Shown here one piece after another: positions 14,121-28,511 of a stretch of 64,000 nt of DNA (position 1 is its first letter; the number at the start of each line of letters is the position of its first letter). The DNA comes from Octopus sinensis. Lineage: Eukaryota. The stretch is from the NCBI RefSeq assembly GCF_006345805.1, contig NC_043006.1, forward strand, positions 44,454,001 through 44,518,000. Reading direction: 5' to 3'. The translations under genes were made by a program, and so were the position numbers. The notes beneath the pieces are model-generated. The model did no database searches, was not told the origin of the DNA, and worked only from the letters and a program-made list of their open reading frames with translations.

Positions 14121-14998
14121 ATAAAAATTATTATTAATGAGTCTAAGATGGCGAGCTGGCAGAATTGTCGAGACACCAGACGAAACGCTTGGTGGTATTT
14201 CACCTGTTGCAGTGTTCTGAGTTCAAATTTCGCTGAGGTCGACTTTCATCCTTTTGGGGACGATAAAATAAGTACCAGTTAAACACTGGGTGTGATGTAG
14301 TCGACTAGTCCCCTCCCTCAAAACTTCTGCCCTTGTGGCAAAATTTGAAACCATTATTATTAATGATTCTTGAAAGTTAATTGGTGATCTCACTAGTGCT
14401 GGTGGCATGAAAAATGCATCCATTTTACTCTGTAAAATGGTTGACATCAGGAAGGACATCCAGCTTTGTGTGTGCAAGTTTGTATTTCCTGATAGTTTTG
14501 TTTGCTTGCAGTCCACTACAAAAACACATCCAAGCTGTTTTTTGGTACACTGGTAAATTAATACCCCACTTAGAAAAAGGAGGGTGTTGGCAATAGAAAG
14601 GGCATCCAGCCACACAAACTCCATTTTAGCTAATTCTCATGACCTGTGCAAGCATGGAAAAGTAGATGTTAAAAGATGGTGATGAATGTTGATGACTTTC
14701 TCCCCTCCTCTGGGTATGAAAAAGTAAATGTCAACTGTGCTGGAATTTGATCTCAGAATCTAGTAAGATCTCAGAACTAACTAGTTTTCATGTTGGTACA
14801 TGTAAAAGAGGATCTGTTCTGGTTCACATAAAAAGTACCCATACTACTGCCACATAGAAGCACCCAGTACACTCTAAAGTGGTTGGCATCAAGCTGTAGG
14901 AACCAAGCCAAATCTGACAGGAACCTGGTACTGTTTTCTAGTTTGCCAGCTCCTGTCAAACCATTCCAACCAATGCCAGCATGGAAAACAGACATTAA

Positions 14999-15283
<285 letters not shown>

Positions 15284-17195
15284 TAAGGATAAGAGTAAAT
15301 ATCAGAGCTCTTCTTTATTCAGTATTCAGATTACTCCGCCAAATGTAATGCCTATTTATTTGCATTGTTTTGAATTAATCATGCAATATTTCCTAGCTTT
15401 GAGATTTTGATGATATGTTTATTTTTAGAATGACATTGTAGGATAGGTGTGAGAGGTTGGATCTGGTCAGTTTTAACATAAAACAGATATGGTCTTTTTA
15501 AATGCTATAGTGTTAAGCCCACTGCTCTCTATGGAGCACAGGCCATCAGTGACTTCTCTCTGTTATTCTCAACCCTGGGCTGTCTTTTGCTCTCCAAAGA
15601 CTTGCTGGTTTTGAATTGTCAATGATGCTTCTGTAACTTTGCCTTTTTTTTTTACTCGGAAGGGATGTTGGTCCTATGCAAATCCATCTTGGAAGAAGTG
15701 GTTCATACTAGTGTGGCCTGTATCCTTTGACCTTTCCAGCTCTTGAGCTTGCACATCACTGGCATAGCTTTTGAGATCATTGAGGCATACAAGCCACCAC
15801 TGCCACAGGACTGGGCCATGTGATGGTCTAATCTCTTTGTTTAGAAATGTTTTATTTTTCTTATTGATTTCATTAAAACCACGTCTGTGGTTGTACTTCT
15901 AACACAATACACTCTCTATGTATTTTAATTGATATTAGAAATGATCAGCAATTTGGAAGGCTTTAGCAAAATAACTGTTTTTCCATTATTAAGTTCTTTA
16001 AACGATGTCCAAACAAATTTCTTCAAGGAATACCATACCTTGATGCATTTCAGTTGATAACAACACTCTGCTTGAGTGAGCCATGGTACCACAAAATTTG
16101 ACTTTAAAATGACTTAATATATTCCATCAGGTGGTGTAATTAAGTTAGATGTGAACTATGCCAATTTTGACCTAAGGTTACCTTGATTCTATATTTCTGC
16201 AGTGTAGAACATGCAGCATTGATTTCCTATTTTTACATATTATCGAAAGAGTGATGGACAATATGTCCATCACTCCAAGTCCAGCTCAGCCCACTTGCTC
16301 TTGGTACAGAAGATAAAGCATTGGTTGATATATGTAAGAGGGGATTAATTCATTAGCATAGACTTGTAATTTGTATCAATAATCCTTTGGGAGAAATAGT
16401 GCAGTTGTTAGCAGTTACACCCATGGAAGAAGACATAATTTAAGATTTGGAACTGTTTATAATATCCCATACTAGTTAACTGTTTTAATTTGTAGGTATT
16501 AAACAGTATTTTGCCTTAATTGTTTATATGGAGGTGTATACTTGTGGCTGTACAGTTAGGAATCTTGCTTCTTAACCATGTGTTCAGCGTAGCTTTGGCA
16601 GCCAGAAACTGGAAGAAGCCTGTTATGCATGTGTGTGTATGTGCTGGTACTACATAAAAAGCACCTGGTACACTCTGTAGAATGGTTGGCATCAGGTGGG
16701 GCATTCTGCTGCAGAAACCTTTTCAAAACAGACAACTGGAGTTTGGTGCTTCTGTCAAACTGTTCAACCTATGCCAGCATAGAAAATGGGCATTAAATGT
16801 TGATATGTGTGTGTTTATGTATACCCTTGTCTTAGTATCATGCGATGGTTGTAAATGAGCATCACTATTTCCAAAGTAATATTTCCCCATGACCAGACAT
16901 GTTTTTATGGAAGATTTGAAACATAGGATCCTGCTTGCATGATGGTGGCACATGTTTATTACCTATCATGTAATGTCAATACAAGGAAACAGCAAAGCAC
17001 ATGCATACAAGTTTCATTCAGTTTTCATCTTATAAATCCACTCACAAGGCTTTGATTGACCAGGAACTATAGATGGCACTTGCCATGCAGTGGGTGTGAC
17101 CCTGAAACCATGTGGTTGGGAAGCCAACTTCTTCCCACACAGCCACACTGTACCTTGAAACCCATATAAAAAAAAAACTGGAAATAACTGAGATA

Positions 17196-17570
17196 GGCGC
17201 AGGAGTGGCTGTGTGGTAAGTAGCTTGTTTACCAACCACATGGTTCTGGGTTCAGTCCCACTGCGTGGCATCTTGGGCAAGTGTTTTCTACTATAGCCTC
17301 GGGCCGACCAAAGCCTTGTGAGTGGATTTGGTAGACGGAAACTGAAAGAAGCCCGTCGTATATATGTGTGTTTGTGTTCGTCCCCCTAGCATTGCTTGAC
17401 AACCGATGTTGGTGTGTTTATGTCCCCATTACTTAGCAGTTCGGCAAAAGAGACCGATAGAATAAGTACTGGGCTTACAAAAGAATAAGTCCCGGGGTCA
17501 AGTTGCTCAATTAAAGGCGGTGCTCCAGCATGGCTGCAGTCAAATGACTGAAACAAGTAAAAGAGAAATA
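17196..17570 (+). mobile_element. tRNA-derived SINE, family A (abundant octopus-type SINE)
   Basis: A box tggctgtgtgg, B box ggttcagtcc, internal microsatellite, 3' gactgaaacaagtaaaagag; copies at 12570..13030(-), 22486..22830, 26183..26515, 53585..53810, 58295..58760 (triplicated head). Confidence 0.88.
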
Positions 17571-17712
17571 GAGAGAGTAAAGTTGATGTAGCATTGATTT
17601 ATTATCAACCACCGAATTGAAGAAAAGCTAATCACTTATATTTCCTTGAAATATCTCCAAGAATTGTGTATATTTGGGTATTAATCATAATTTCTATTTC
17701 ATTCTTTTGCAG

Positions 17713-17799
17713 TATGCTCATAAATTGGCTTACCTTGTTGGCCAGAACATTCATAAAGAGCCATCTCACAGTCTGGCAGATAGACTCTATTTTTTGTAA
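17713..17799 (+). CDS. piwi: PIWI terminal coding exon with catalytic H
   Basis: ttttgcag| [31 protein letters not shown], canonical PIWI C-terminus. Confidence 0.96.
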   Translation, partial: YAHKLAYLVGQNIHKEPSHSLADRLYFL

Positions 17800-20700
17800 A
17801 AAGCCATCATTCAGCAAATGACACACACAAGGTTTGTCTCCAGCCATGGATCCTGTTTTGGAGTTGTTTTTTTTTTTTACTAGTCTCATGTTTGTGCTTT
17901 TAATGTCTGATATCATCTTGAGAGCATTTTCATCAAAGAATGTCTTCAGCTACAGAAAGTCAACAGCTGCAGAATTTTAGAACCTTTACCAATTTTTTTT
18001 TTTTTATTACCATTTAAAAGCAGTTGTCTTTATTTTTACAATGGTAGCCAAGGGGTTTGTACAAAATCTTTTGGCTATTGTAAAAGACTGTTTGTAAAAT
18101 CTTGGACATTATTTTCTTCATATATTTTGCTAATGCCAATGCATTTTAGCTGACCAAAGAATATTGGGACAATGTAAAGAGTTAAAGAGACTTTTAAAAA
18201 AATGAAAGAAGGCTGTATTTTATTTACAGGAATGCTTCATTTGGGAAGGCTGGAAACAAACTCCATTAATCGAGTTTGGACTTATTTTGTTCTTCATCCA
18301 TTCCTCAGGTATCCCCAAAACACAGGACTTGACTGGCATTGTCTTAGGGCATGATTAAAGCTATTATATTTTTATGATTCTGTTTTCTTATTTCGTAATT
18401 AGAAGTAGTTTTAATATATTTTGTGTTTGTTTAGATCATCTTTTATTTTATAGAGATGTAAAGTTTGTGTTGGCATTTGATAAGGACAAGTGGTAAAGTT
18501 AAAACCCAACATATTTAGGCTAGTTTTAAGCATCTCCTGTCAAGCTGTCTATATTTCTTTTCTCTCTATATATGTTTTCTTATCCAACTTTCCCTCTTTT
18601 TCTGTTTTCCTCTCTGACTTTCTCTTTATTCTCTATATGCTATCTCTCTTTTTCTCTCTCTATCTGTCTTGTGCTTTTCCTTTATGCATGTCTGTCCTTT
18701 TTTTCTCAATATCTGCCTCACATTTTTCTTTCTATATGTCTTTGTTTTTTTATATTTCTCTATGTCACTCTGTCCCTTTTTTTCTAGATTTCTCTCTATT
18801 TGTCTGTCCCCCCTTTTTTTTTGTGTCTGTATTTTTCTTTCTTTCTATATCTGTCTGTCTGTCACACACACACATATACTTACATTTCCACTTTATGAAT
18901 ATAGCATTTAAATAGATATTGTGGCCAACTTTTAATTGAAAGTTAAAGTTAAGAAATATTAGCGTAAAATTTGAATGAAACATTGAAGAAACAATTTTTT
19001 TTAATTATGCAAGGCATAATTATTTAATAAACTTTCAGCATTTCACCAGATTAAACTATTTTAGTAAAATTTCTGATTCATTGGCAATCCAGTTCTTAAT
19101 GCCAAATGTTCAGAATGTAAATGGTAAAAGCTAATTAAATTGACTGCATAAAAGTAGTGGACTGAGCAAAGTTGAACCGTATCCATCTTTCAAGGTATTA
19201 TTTCTAATCTAGGCTCAAGTATTCATTTTTAGGAGGAGGCAGAAGAGGAGGGCTATAATCAATTTAATCGATCACCCCCACCACCCCTCATCTCTTCATC
19301 TTCAATATTTGACTGATTCTTATTTTATTAACTTTGGAAGGATGAAAGGCAAAGTTGGTCCCTAACTTCCCACCTCTGTAGGGTTTAACCTCTTTAATTT
19401 CTCATTTTAGCATTTAATTGACTAAATCCAGTTACGATAGCAATGAGGTTACAAAGTTACATTTTTAGCAAGTAAAAAAAAAAAAAACCTCCCTATCATA
19501 TTCCACAGACCATATTTTCCAGTTTCTCTGATCATCTCCTTTTGATATGAATACATCACCATCATGATGATGTTATTTCTCTTTTTCATTTTTAACAATC
19601 ACCTTTCTATGCTTGCATGGATCAGATGGAATTTGTTGAGACAGATTTTCTATGCCCTTGCTATTGCCAGCCTTCACCTGTTTCCAAGCAAGATAGTATT
19701 TTCTTGTGGTTAGACATGTTTTTCATAGAAGAGTGGAAACAATCGGCATCATTTGTATGATGATGCTCATTTTCAACAATCACAATATGTCTAAACAAAG
19801 GTACGCACACGCGCACACACACACACGGTGGGCTTCTTTCTGTTCTTGTCTACCAAATCCAATCACAAGGTTTTGATCAATCAGAGAACGTAGTAGAAAA
19901 CACTTGCTCTTGATGCCATGTAGTAGGACTGATGGAAGAGAGGAAACAAACAGCATTGCTTGTATGATGATGATGTTCATTTTCAACAACCACAATATGT
20001 CTAAACAAAGGTACACACACACACACGGTGGGCTTCTTTCAGTTCCTGTCTACAAAATCCAATCACAAGGCTTTGATCGGCCAGGGACTGTAGCAGAAAA
20101 CATTTGCTCTTGATGCTGTGTAGCAGGACTGAACCGAAAACCATGTAATTGGGAAGCAAGTTTCTTAACCTCACAACATCCTCACCCACACCTAGTATAT
20201 ATTATTCCCAAAATTGATTTCCTTCTGACAAACAATGCTACCATTTATGAGGTTCACTTTTGTATTGAATTTTCTTCAGTATTAGTGTTAACCGCATATG
20301 TAAAATGTTTGCTGGGTTAGCTGGTTCTTTTTCCTACATGTAACTGGTTGCATGACCCACCTCTGTTGTGTCCATGTATGTAATGTTTCACCACTTTGTT
20401 CATGTATCTACATACAAACTAGTTGTGGCTTACTTCATGTTCCATTTCTTTCACTCATGTATGTAACTTGTTGGGTTTGAATTCACGATGTACAGCGATG
20501 TAACTAAAGCAAGGTATATTGTCTGGATCTCTACAGTAGCAGAAGTCATTGTAGTAGTAGTAATAGCAATGATAATCCTTCATATTGCTGTTGCTGGACT
20601 CTGGATTGTCCATTGAAGCTTTGTTGTCGCTATTAAGAATCGCAGTTATACTTGACTTCACTGCCCATCTTCATCGCCAGATGACTATCGCAACAGCATC

Positions 20701-23700
20701 TGTGTCTGTATCTATTCTTTCTAGTAACAAGATGTGGCGTAAATATTGTATATTTACAAGGAGGGGAGGTGGGTGTCATGCACATGCAGTGAAACAGCGA
20801 TGTGAGAGAACAAAATGGTGCATGCAACTTTTGGTCAATCTAGCAATCTTTCTTCACCTTTTCTCCAGTCAAACTGGATCTTTGCCATGTACCGGCAGCT
20901 GATGGTTCACGGACTGGTGCCGGTCCGTAAACCATCATTTTGAGTAGCACTGGACTGGGCAATGTACTGGTTGGTTGCACTGCCAGTATAATGGTTTGTC
21001 ACAGTTCATAGTAGTTGCCTCTATTGTGCTACCGTTATTTTTGCTTGCTTTATCTTATCCTTTTCTTCCAGTCATTGATCTGTGGCTGTGCTGAGGCACC
21101 ACCTTGAAAGATTTGGTCAAACAAATCGCATGCCTCCTCTACTTAATTTTTAAGTCTGGCACTTATTCTATTAGTCTCTTTTGCCAAACTGCTAAGTTAC
21201 AGGTATGTAAACAAATCAATAACTATTGTCAAGCAGTGGTGGGAGACAGACACAAACACGGCTTCTGTCCACCAAGTTAACTCACAAGGCATTGGTTGAC
21301 CCAGGGCTATTGTAGAAGATGCTTCACAGTGGAACTGAACCAGAGACCTCATGGTTGTAAAGCATGCTTCTTAACGACACAGTCATGCCTAGTGTGTAAT
21401 GTTTTTGCATTTTGAGTTCAGATATTACTGGTGGCTCATTTTTTACTTTCCATCTCCCTGGAATTGTTAAATAGATGCCAGAAGTATCAGTGAAGTTGTA
21501 GGGCTCATTCTATTGACTCTATCTCTTGTAGATATACATTATTACTATATAACTGTTCAATATTAGGTAGATTGAGGCAAATTTCTACTGCATAACTTGC
21601 TACACCTCCGTGTTGCTGGGGTGTGTGCAGCATTGTGCGATGTTTTCTACTGTTGGGAGTGTGCAAAGTCTTCCCGTACTGTATTAGTTTTTTTTTTCCT
21701 TACAGTGTGGTGCTGTCTTTTGTTGTGTCACTGCTTGTGTGTTGAGTGTGTAATACTTTGGTTTTTTGGCTTGCTGGTGGAAGTTTATTTCACTGGATAA
21801 ATGCTGTATAGAGTGTCTTGTATTTGTGGGTGTTTTGTTTAGGTTGTATTATTGGATTGATAGTGTCTTGTGTAGGATTATAATAATAATAATAATACTG
21901 ACGGTGTTGAGCTGACAGAATTGTTATCATGCTGGGTGAAATGCATTGTGGCATTTCATCTGTCTTTACGTTCTGAGTTCAGATTTTGCCGTGGTTGACT
22001 TTGCCTTTCATCCTTCGGGGTTGATAAAATAAGTACCAGTTGAGTACGAGGGGTGTGTGTCAAAGTAATTGACTTACCCCCTTCCCCGAAATTACTGGCT
22101 TTGTGCCAAAATTTGAAGTCATCATCAAAGGCAGCAAGCTGGCAGAATTGTTAGCACACCAGGCAAAATGCTTTGTGGAATTTCATCCATATTTATGTCC
22201 TGAGTTCAAATTCTGTTCTTTTATCCTTTTGGGTGAATAAAGTACCAGTCAAGCACTGGGGTTGATTTGATGACCATCCCTCTCCCCTCAAATGTCAGGC
22301 CTTGTGCCTATAGTAGAAAGGATTATTATTATTCAGTAGTTTTATTTTTATGATGTAATTAACTTACCCCTTCTCCTGAAATTGCTGGCCTTGTGCCAGA
22401 AATTGAAGCCAGTATTATTATTAAATTGCATGCCATAGTATATAATAGCAATTTCCAGTGACTTGTTAATAACCTATTCAATATAGGTGTAGGAGTGGCT
22501 GTGTGATAAGTAGCTTGCTTACAAACCACATGGTTCCGGGTTCAGTCCCACTGCGTGGCACCTTGGGCAAGTGTCTTCTACTATAGCCTCGGGCCGACCA
22601 AAGCCTTGTGAGTGGATTTGGCAGGTAGGTGTGTGTCTGAGTTTGTCCCCGCAACATCACTTGACAACTGATGCTGGTGTGTTTACGTCTCTGTAACTTA
22701 GCGGTTCGGCAAAAGAGACCGATAGAATAAGCACTAGGCTTACAAAGAATAAGTCCTGGGGTCGATTTGCTCGACTAAAGGCAGTGCTCCAACATGGGCA
22801 CAGTCACATGACAAGTAAAAGAGTAAAATGAAAAGTGTATGTAAGTACTGCATCTCTTTTTCACATGTCTCTCTAATGTTCCTCACAAATATATATGACC
22901 AATTTTTTTTAGGGGCCCACACCAAAAAAAGTAAAACACAAATGAGTTAAAGAGAAAATATTTATAGAAGGAAGACTGTTGGGGACTGTATGTGGCCCTA
23001 GGAGCCACTGTTGATAACTGATGGTCTGTTAAACATGCTGAGATCTACATTATTATACAGTTAGTGATAAAGATAAAAACTAAAAATGTTAGGTTGCAAA
23101 AATTGACTGGATCTAGAGGAAATAAATAGTTGACCAAGGGATATATGACATTTAATTAACTGTGGGCGCAACTGTTTTCATTGCAAGACATGTTATATCC
23201 ATTCTAATTTGTTACCATATTTTAAGCAGTAATAGATTCTTTTAACTTTTTTTTTGGCTTATGCTTGAGACAGATATTTACCTCTTAAAATCTCGTGTTA
23301 CCTCTAATGTTATAAGAACTTCATTAAGATTATTAATTTTAATTTAAACATTAGAGGTAATCACAAACTAGGTGAGGGGGACGAAGAGGTTTAAGATAAG
23401 TTTTTTTTTTAAAGGAAGATTTGGCTGTTATGTTGAACAGACTAAAAAAAAACATGTTGAAGCTTTGAAGTTTAAATTTTTGTTTATTATTATTATCATT
23501 ATTACTACTTTGTATTGCTCTCTGGGCAGGAGCATTTAAAGTTAATGCTAGTTGGTTTTACAACTTCACTGTTAAACCTTTTGGTAGACTTATCCTAAGT
23601 TTTTCTACTTTGCAGTCATTGCATCACAGTCACATTTTGTGATAACTTCACTTTCATTTTGTAAATATTCCATAACTATTACTGGCTAATGTTGTAAATT

Positions 23701-26700
23701 CAAAAAAATTTATAGCATCCTCCAAGACAATGCTGGTGGTACTTCAGTTACTAATTCATTGGCTAAGCATAAGTTATTCATTCATTGTAGAGTAGGTTTA
23801 AGATAAGTTTTTTTTAAAGGAAGATTTGGCTGTTATGTTGAACAGACTAATTAAATTTGGTTTAAAATTTTTTTCTTTTTTCAAATAAAACTGATTTTAA
23901 GAGAGATTAAAGAAAAAGAAACATATTGCCTTAAATCTTTTGTAAAATGCGCCAGCATTTTAGTTGGTAGCAAAAATTACTTGTAGGGCTAACTTGGTGC
24001 AAGAAGCACATATATAACTGAATTGACCAATTTGGTTGTTTGTGACATCTCATGAACATGACGGAGCTGGGAAAGTTACTCAGATTCTTATTGTTTTGTA
24101 CATCCCCCCCATTACAAAACTCATTTGTCAAATTGATTGAAAATTGTAAATAAAACTTTTACTAATTTGAATTATTATATTGGAAATGCTGATTCCTTGT
24201 ACAAATCTACTCCCCTTTTTATTTTATTTATTTTTTTTTTTTTTTGCATCCTTCACTTAAATAACTGTATATATTTTCAGAATAAATCCAGATTATATTT
24301 TTTTGTTGTGTGAATTTATTTTGTGAATGCACATCCCTGCTTTTTTTTAAGGGTGCTCCAGCATGGCCACAGTCAAATGACTGAAACAAGTAAAAGATAA
24401 CAGAGAATGTAGTTTAACAAAGAAATTTTATTTAATTTCAGCTCAAATGACATAGCTTATTTTAAGTTAAAAAAAAAAATTCTAATCAAAAAACAAATAC
24501 ATCTACATGAATGTCTCTGCATGAAACAAAGACATGGAAAATAAAGGTAAAAAAAAAGATAAAAATAAAGAGAGGCAAGGAAGTTTAGATCATTTTGGAA
24601 GCATTATCATGCTGTCACAGCCATAACCTAGAGACATTATTTATATAAACAGTTGGAAACAAAGGGTTCATCAGAACATAATGATTTGTCAAAACTGACC
24701 AAATAGCTTTTGATAGATATTTTGATTATGTGACATCTGTATTTCGTAGTAGCTGCAATATTTAACACATGACCCATGTGGAGGTATCTCATATTTCTCA
24801 AGTGCAATATAGAAAATGTTTTGACTCCATTTTAAAATTTTAATCTTTTTTCTTTTTTGGTTTAATCGTTTAGGAACAATATAGATGTGTTAAGTATGTA
24901 TGTGTTGGATGAGAACGTCGACCTTAGAGTTCTCGGTGGGAGGTAATAAGCAGAGAACTGTAGGATTTGACGAGTGAAATGGTTTGAGGATAAGATAGGT
25001 AACGTTTTGGAAGTAACAATTGAAATGAAATGTCTACTAAATGAGTGTTATTGGTAAGTTTAGCACATGTTGGAAATGTGTACAAATGAGCAATATAAAA
25101 AGACTTGAGATTCAGAAGAGAAGAGCAAAAATTATCCATGTTTGCTATATATACATACATACATAAATACATGCATGTATACATATATATGTATACAGAC
25201 ATAAACGTGTGTACATACACATACATAAACATATATACATATAAATACACAAAAAAACTTTTTCTTCTTCAAAACAGCAGTTTACTTTCAAGGATGGGTG
25301 TTGTTGGACTGATGAAATATTTAGAAGCTGGACCTCCTAATTTCAGGAAGACTGAATTTATATTTTCTTTTTTTTTTTTTTTCATGGAAAGTCAAAAACG
25401 AAAAAAAAGTGTTAACCTTGTCTTATTCCCCTTTATTTAACATGATATTGAAGCAAATTGAAAAGGAAGTGAACATTCAGATCTATAATTGCTCTCAAAC
25501 ATAGTTCATCATATCAAATTTTCTTTAAAATCAGAAAATCGTTAATTCTTCCAAATTAACTTTATTTTTAGTTTGACATAATTTAACTTACAATTGATGA
25601 GTGGTTTTTAATTTAGATTACCTTAAAACAGGCGGTCAAGGGCAATCTTAGAAGGGTTGGTATCAAAAGGATTAAGAAAAGAGGTCCTCATATTTGAATG
25701 AGTATGATGTTGGCCTTACAAAATAATTATTGGTAGTTTGTATCCTGCTGATGCTAATATGTAACTGATACGATGCTGAATTCTTATTGACTTAGTCTAC
25801 TTTTCTGCAAAGAGCCTTCATGTAAATGATCAACATACTAGTAATAGTAAACAAACTCACCTCAAATCACACCCACCTACACGAGAGGACCACATTGGAC
25901 TCTGTAGTCCTTGATATATATATATATATAAAGTCGAGATGATCATGGCTGGAATGCCTTTGATCAGGATTAATCTAGAGCTAAACAAGCAAGACTATAA
26001 TTAAGAATTTTATGTCCATGCTCTGCTGAGTTGAAAAGTTCTTACAACTAGAACTCTACTGGATTCAGGGAAATGCCTTAATTAGCATATTTCCTTATCT
26101 TGACTTGACAGTAAACATCTCAGAGACATAATTTGGATAGAACTATGAAATAAGGAGTTTGCTCAAATTAGCTTTAATCGACATGGCTGTGTAGTTAAGA
26201 AGCTTGTTTTGCAACCAGTGGTTTCAGGTTCAGTCACAGTGCATGGCACCTTGGGCAAGTGTCTTCTACATCACCGGGCTGACCAATGCCTTGTGAGTGT
26301 GTCATTGTGTTTGTTTACCACCCCATCATTGCTTGATAACTAATGCTAGTTTGTTTTACATTCCCAAAACTTAGAGGTTCAGCAAAAGGGATTGATGGAA
26401 TAAGTAACAGACATTAAAAAACATAAGCAAGGGTGTTGATTTATTCAACTAAAAACCTTCAAGATGGTTTTTATTCCAGCATGGCCACACTTCAGTAACT
26501 GAAACAAGTAAAAAAAAAAGTATTATCCTGAATGAGTAAATCTCAACTTCCCACCTGTATCATTACTCTAGACATACCCTAACAAAAATCTAGATCACCC
26601 TCCCCCCCAAAAAATCCCTCTTGTCAACAATCCATGCACAGCTTTTTTAGCAGTCAGTACCTCACCCTGGCTATATGTCGGTTTTAAAACCACAACAGAT

Positions 26701-27439
26701 AAACAAATCCGTCAGAGATGATATCATCGTTCTAACAGCAGTGTATTGTCTGATATTAAGTAAATGGCATCACGATGAAGTTATGAATGAGACAAGATGG
26801 AAACAAGACAAGGTTAGCAGTGGCTCTTACTACAACACTGAAGTGCTGTAATAACGCCGCACACGATAGATCGATGATAATTCCTCAATAGCTGTAAGAG
26901 TAAATAACAAAAATATATGTAACGAGATTCTCCTCCCCACTAAGTATCTAGCAGAGGATGGTGTTGGTGAACGTAGGTGGTGAAGACTGGCAGGTATCAT
27001 GAGACGTTTGAAAAGAGACATTAAAGGTTACAGACATGACAGTCTGATACCATCTCTGCAAAGTTTAAATGGTTGTCAAGTTTTCCTTATAAAGTTAGAC
27101 AGTGCCTTTGAAATGGATGAAGTGTAGATGGGATTTTTGATTGTCTGTGTGTATAGATATACATGTTTGCCTGTGTCTACAGAGATATATATTTCTGTAT
27201 ATGTATGTGTGTGCTTTTGTATGATTACATACATTCATTACATATATATGTATGTGTGTGAGTGTGTATGTATAACTGAAGAACATGCAGAGTCTGGATA
27301 TTCGACATGTTGTTTGCCTGGGTTATTAAAAACATGTGTAGAGTAAGTGTATATATGTACACAGTGTAAAGGAATGTGTATTTGTGTACCTTAAAGGAAT
27401 GTGTATACTGTAGTGATTGATGGTAGATAAATAACTTTA

Positions 27440-27937
27440 TTAATTCTGTAAGAAAATATGAGCATCTTTCCAGGTAAAATTGTTACCATTATCTATAGAG
27501 TGTCTCAATTTTTCAGCAATCATCTTATGATGTTGCCATTCGTATTTCCATTTATCAGAATCAACTCTTTGACTTTGAGCATTGAATTGAATTGGTGCTG
27601 GACAGCCATAGTGTTCTAATGTAGCCTGGTAAACTTTAGGCATTTTCCCTTCTTTTTCCAGTCTCATATTCTCATGTACCCGTTGGCAAACAAAACACTG
27701 AAAGCCTTCGATGTAGCTAATACCACTGTCATGCATGACCTCTTCATCTGATGTATCCCATTCTCGGTGAGCCATCAAATCCTTTAGATATTTGTTGGTG
27801 ATACCAGTCTTCTTCCATTGTAAATATTTCTCATATTCTTCATCATTTCTGTTAAGGTAGAGTAAATATTTAGCCAGACTTTCTGCTGTGTCAAAGTCGT
27901 CAATGATAATAGCTGACTTTTCATGAGGGAGGAAATC
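27440..27937 (-). CDS. FUT11: FUT10/11-like terminal exon 6
   Basis: tttacag| DFLPHEKSAIIIDDF...NDEEYEKYLQWK...HREW...GFQCFVC...FLQN-TAA. Six exons sum to 1395 nt (464 aa + stop). Motifs look closer to FUT11 than FUT10 from memory, not from a search. Confidence 0.93.
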   Translation of the reverse strand, partial: DFLPHEKSAIIIDDFDTAESLAKYLLYLNRNDEEYEKYLQWKKTGITNKYLKDLMAHREWDTSDEEVMHDSGISYIEGFQCFVCQRVHENMRLEKEGKMPKVYQATLEHYGCPAPIQFNAQSQRVDSDKWKYEWQHHKMIAEKLRHSIDNGNNFTWKDAHIFLQN

Positions 27938-28511
27938 CTGTAAAGAAAGTGTTACAAAAATATTTACATATTTTTTTTCATTTCTTCATTTTTTTTGATT
28001 GGTTAAAACAGAAGCTTATCCCAGATTACATTTTATGAAGCAGATGAGAAATAGCTTTCTTTACTTTGAACAGGCTGCTGATTCAAGGTAGATCTGAGTA
28101 CAATTTAAACCCAAATCTCTGCTTCAACCAGTTGCTACATCAACTCTGGATAACTTTCTACCTGACATAGTAGTAGCATTAAGCAGTGATGAGAAATAAA
28201 AAAAAAAACACAAAAAAAACTTTAAATTAGTTCAAATATGTTTGTGACATTATCTACATTTGACAGATATTTGTCCTCATCTTGTCTGTTGTTAATACAT
28301 TTTGGCTGATATACCTTCCAGCCTTCATCAAGTATCCTAGGGAAGTTTGGAACCTGGGTTTTCATTCCTAAGGTATTTTTCAATGTTATCATCATCATCA
28401 CCATTATTATTATTCAGGTCACTGCCTGGAATTGAACTCAGAATCTTGGGGTTAGTAGCCAGCACTCTTAACCACTATGCCCATGGGCATATGGCATAGT
28501 GGGTTTGTGAC

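Noticed and set aside
18490-18983. Hydrophobic 141-aa ORF after PIWI
   Set aside because: CT-rich low-complexity sequence in probable 3' UTR
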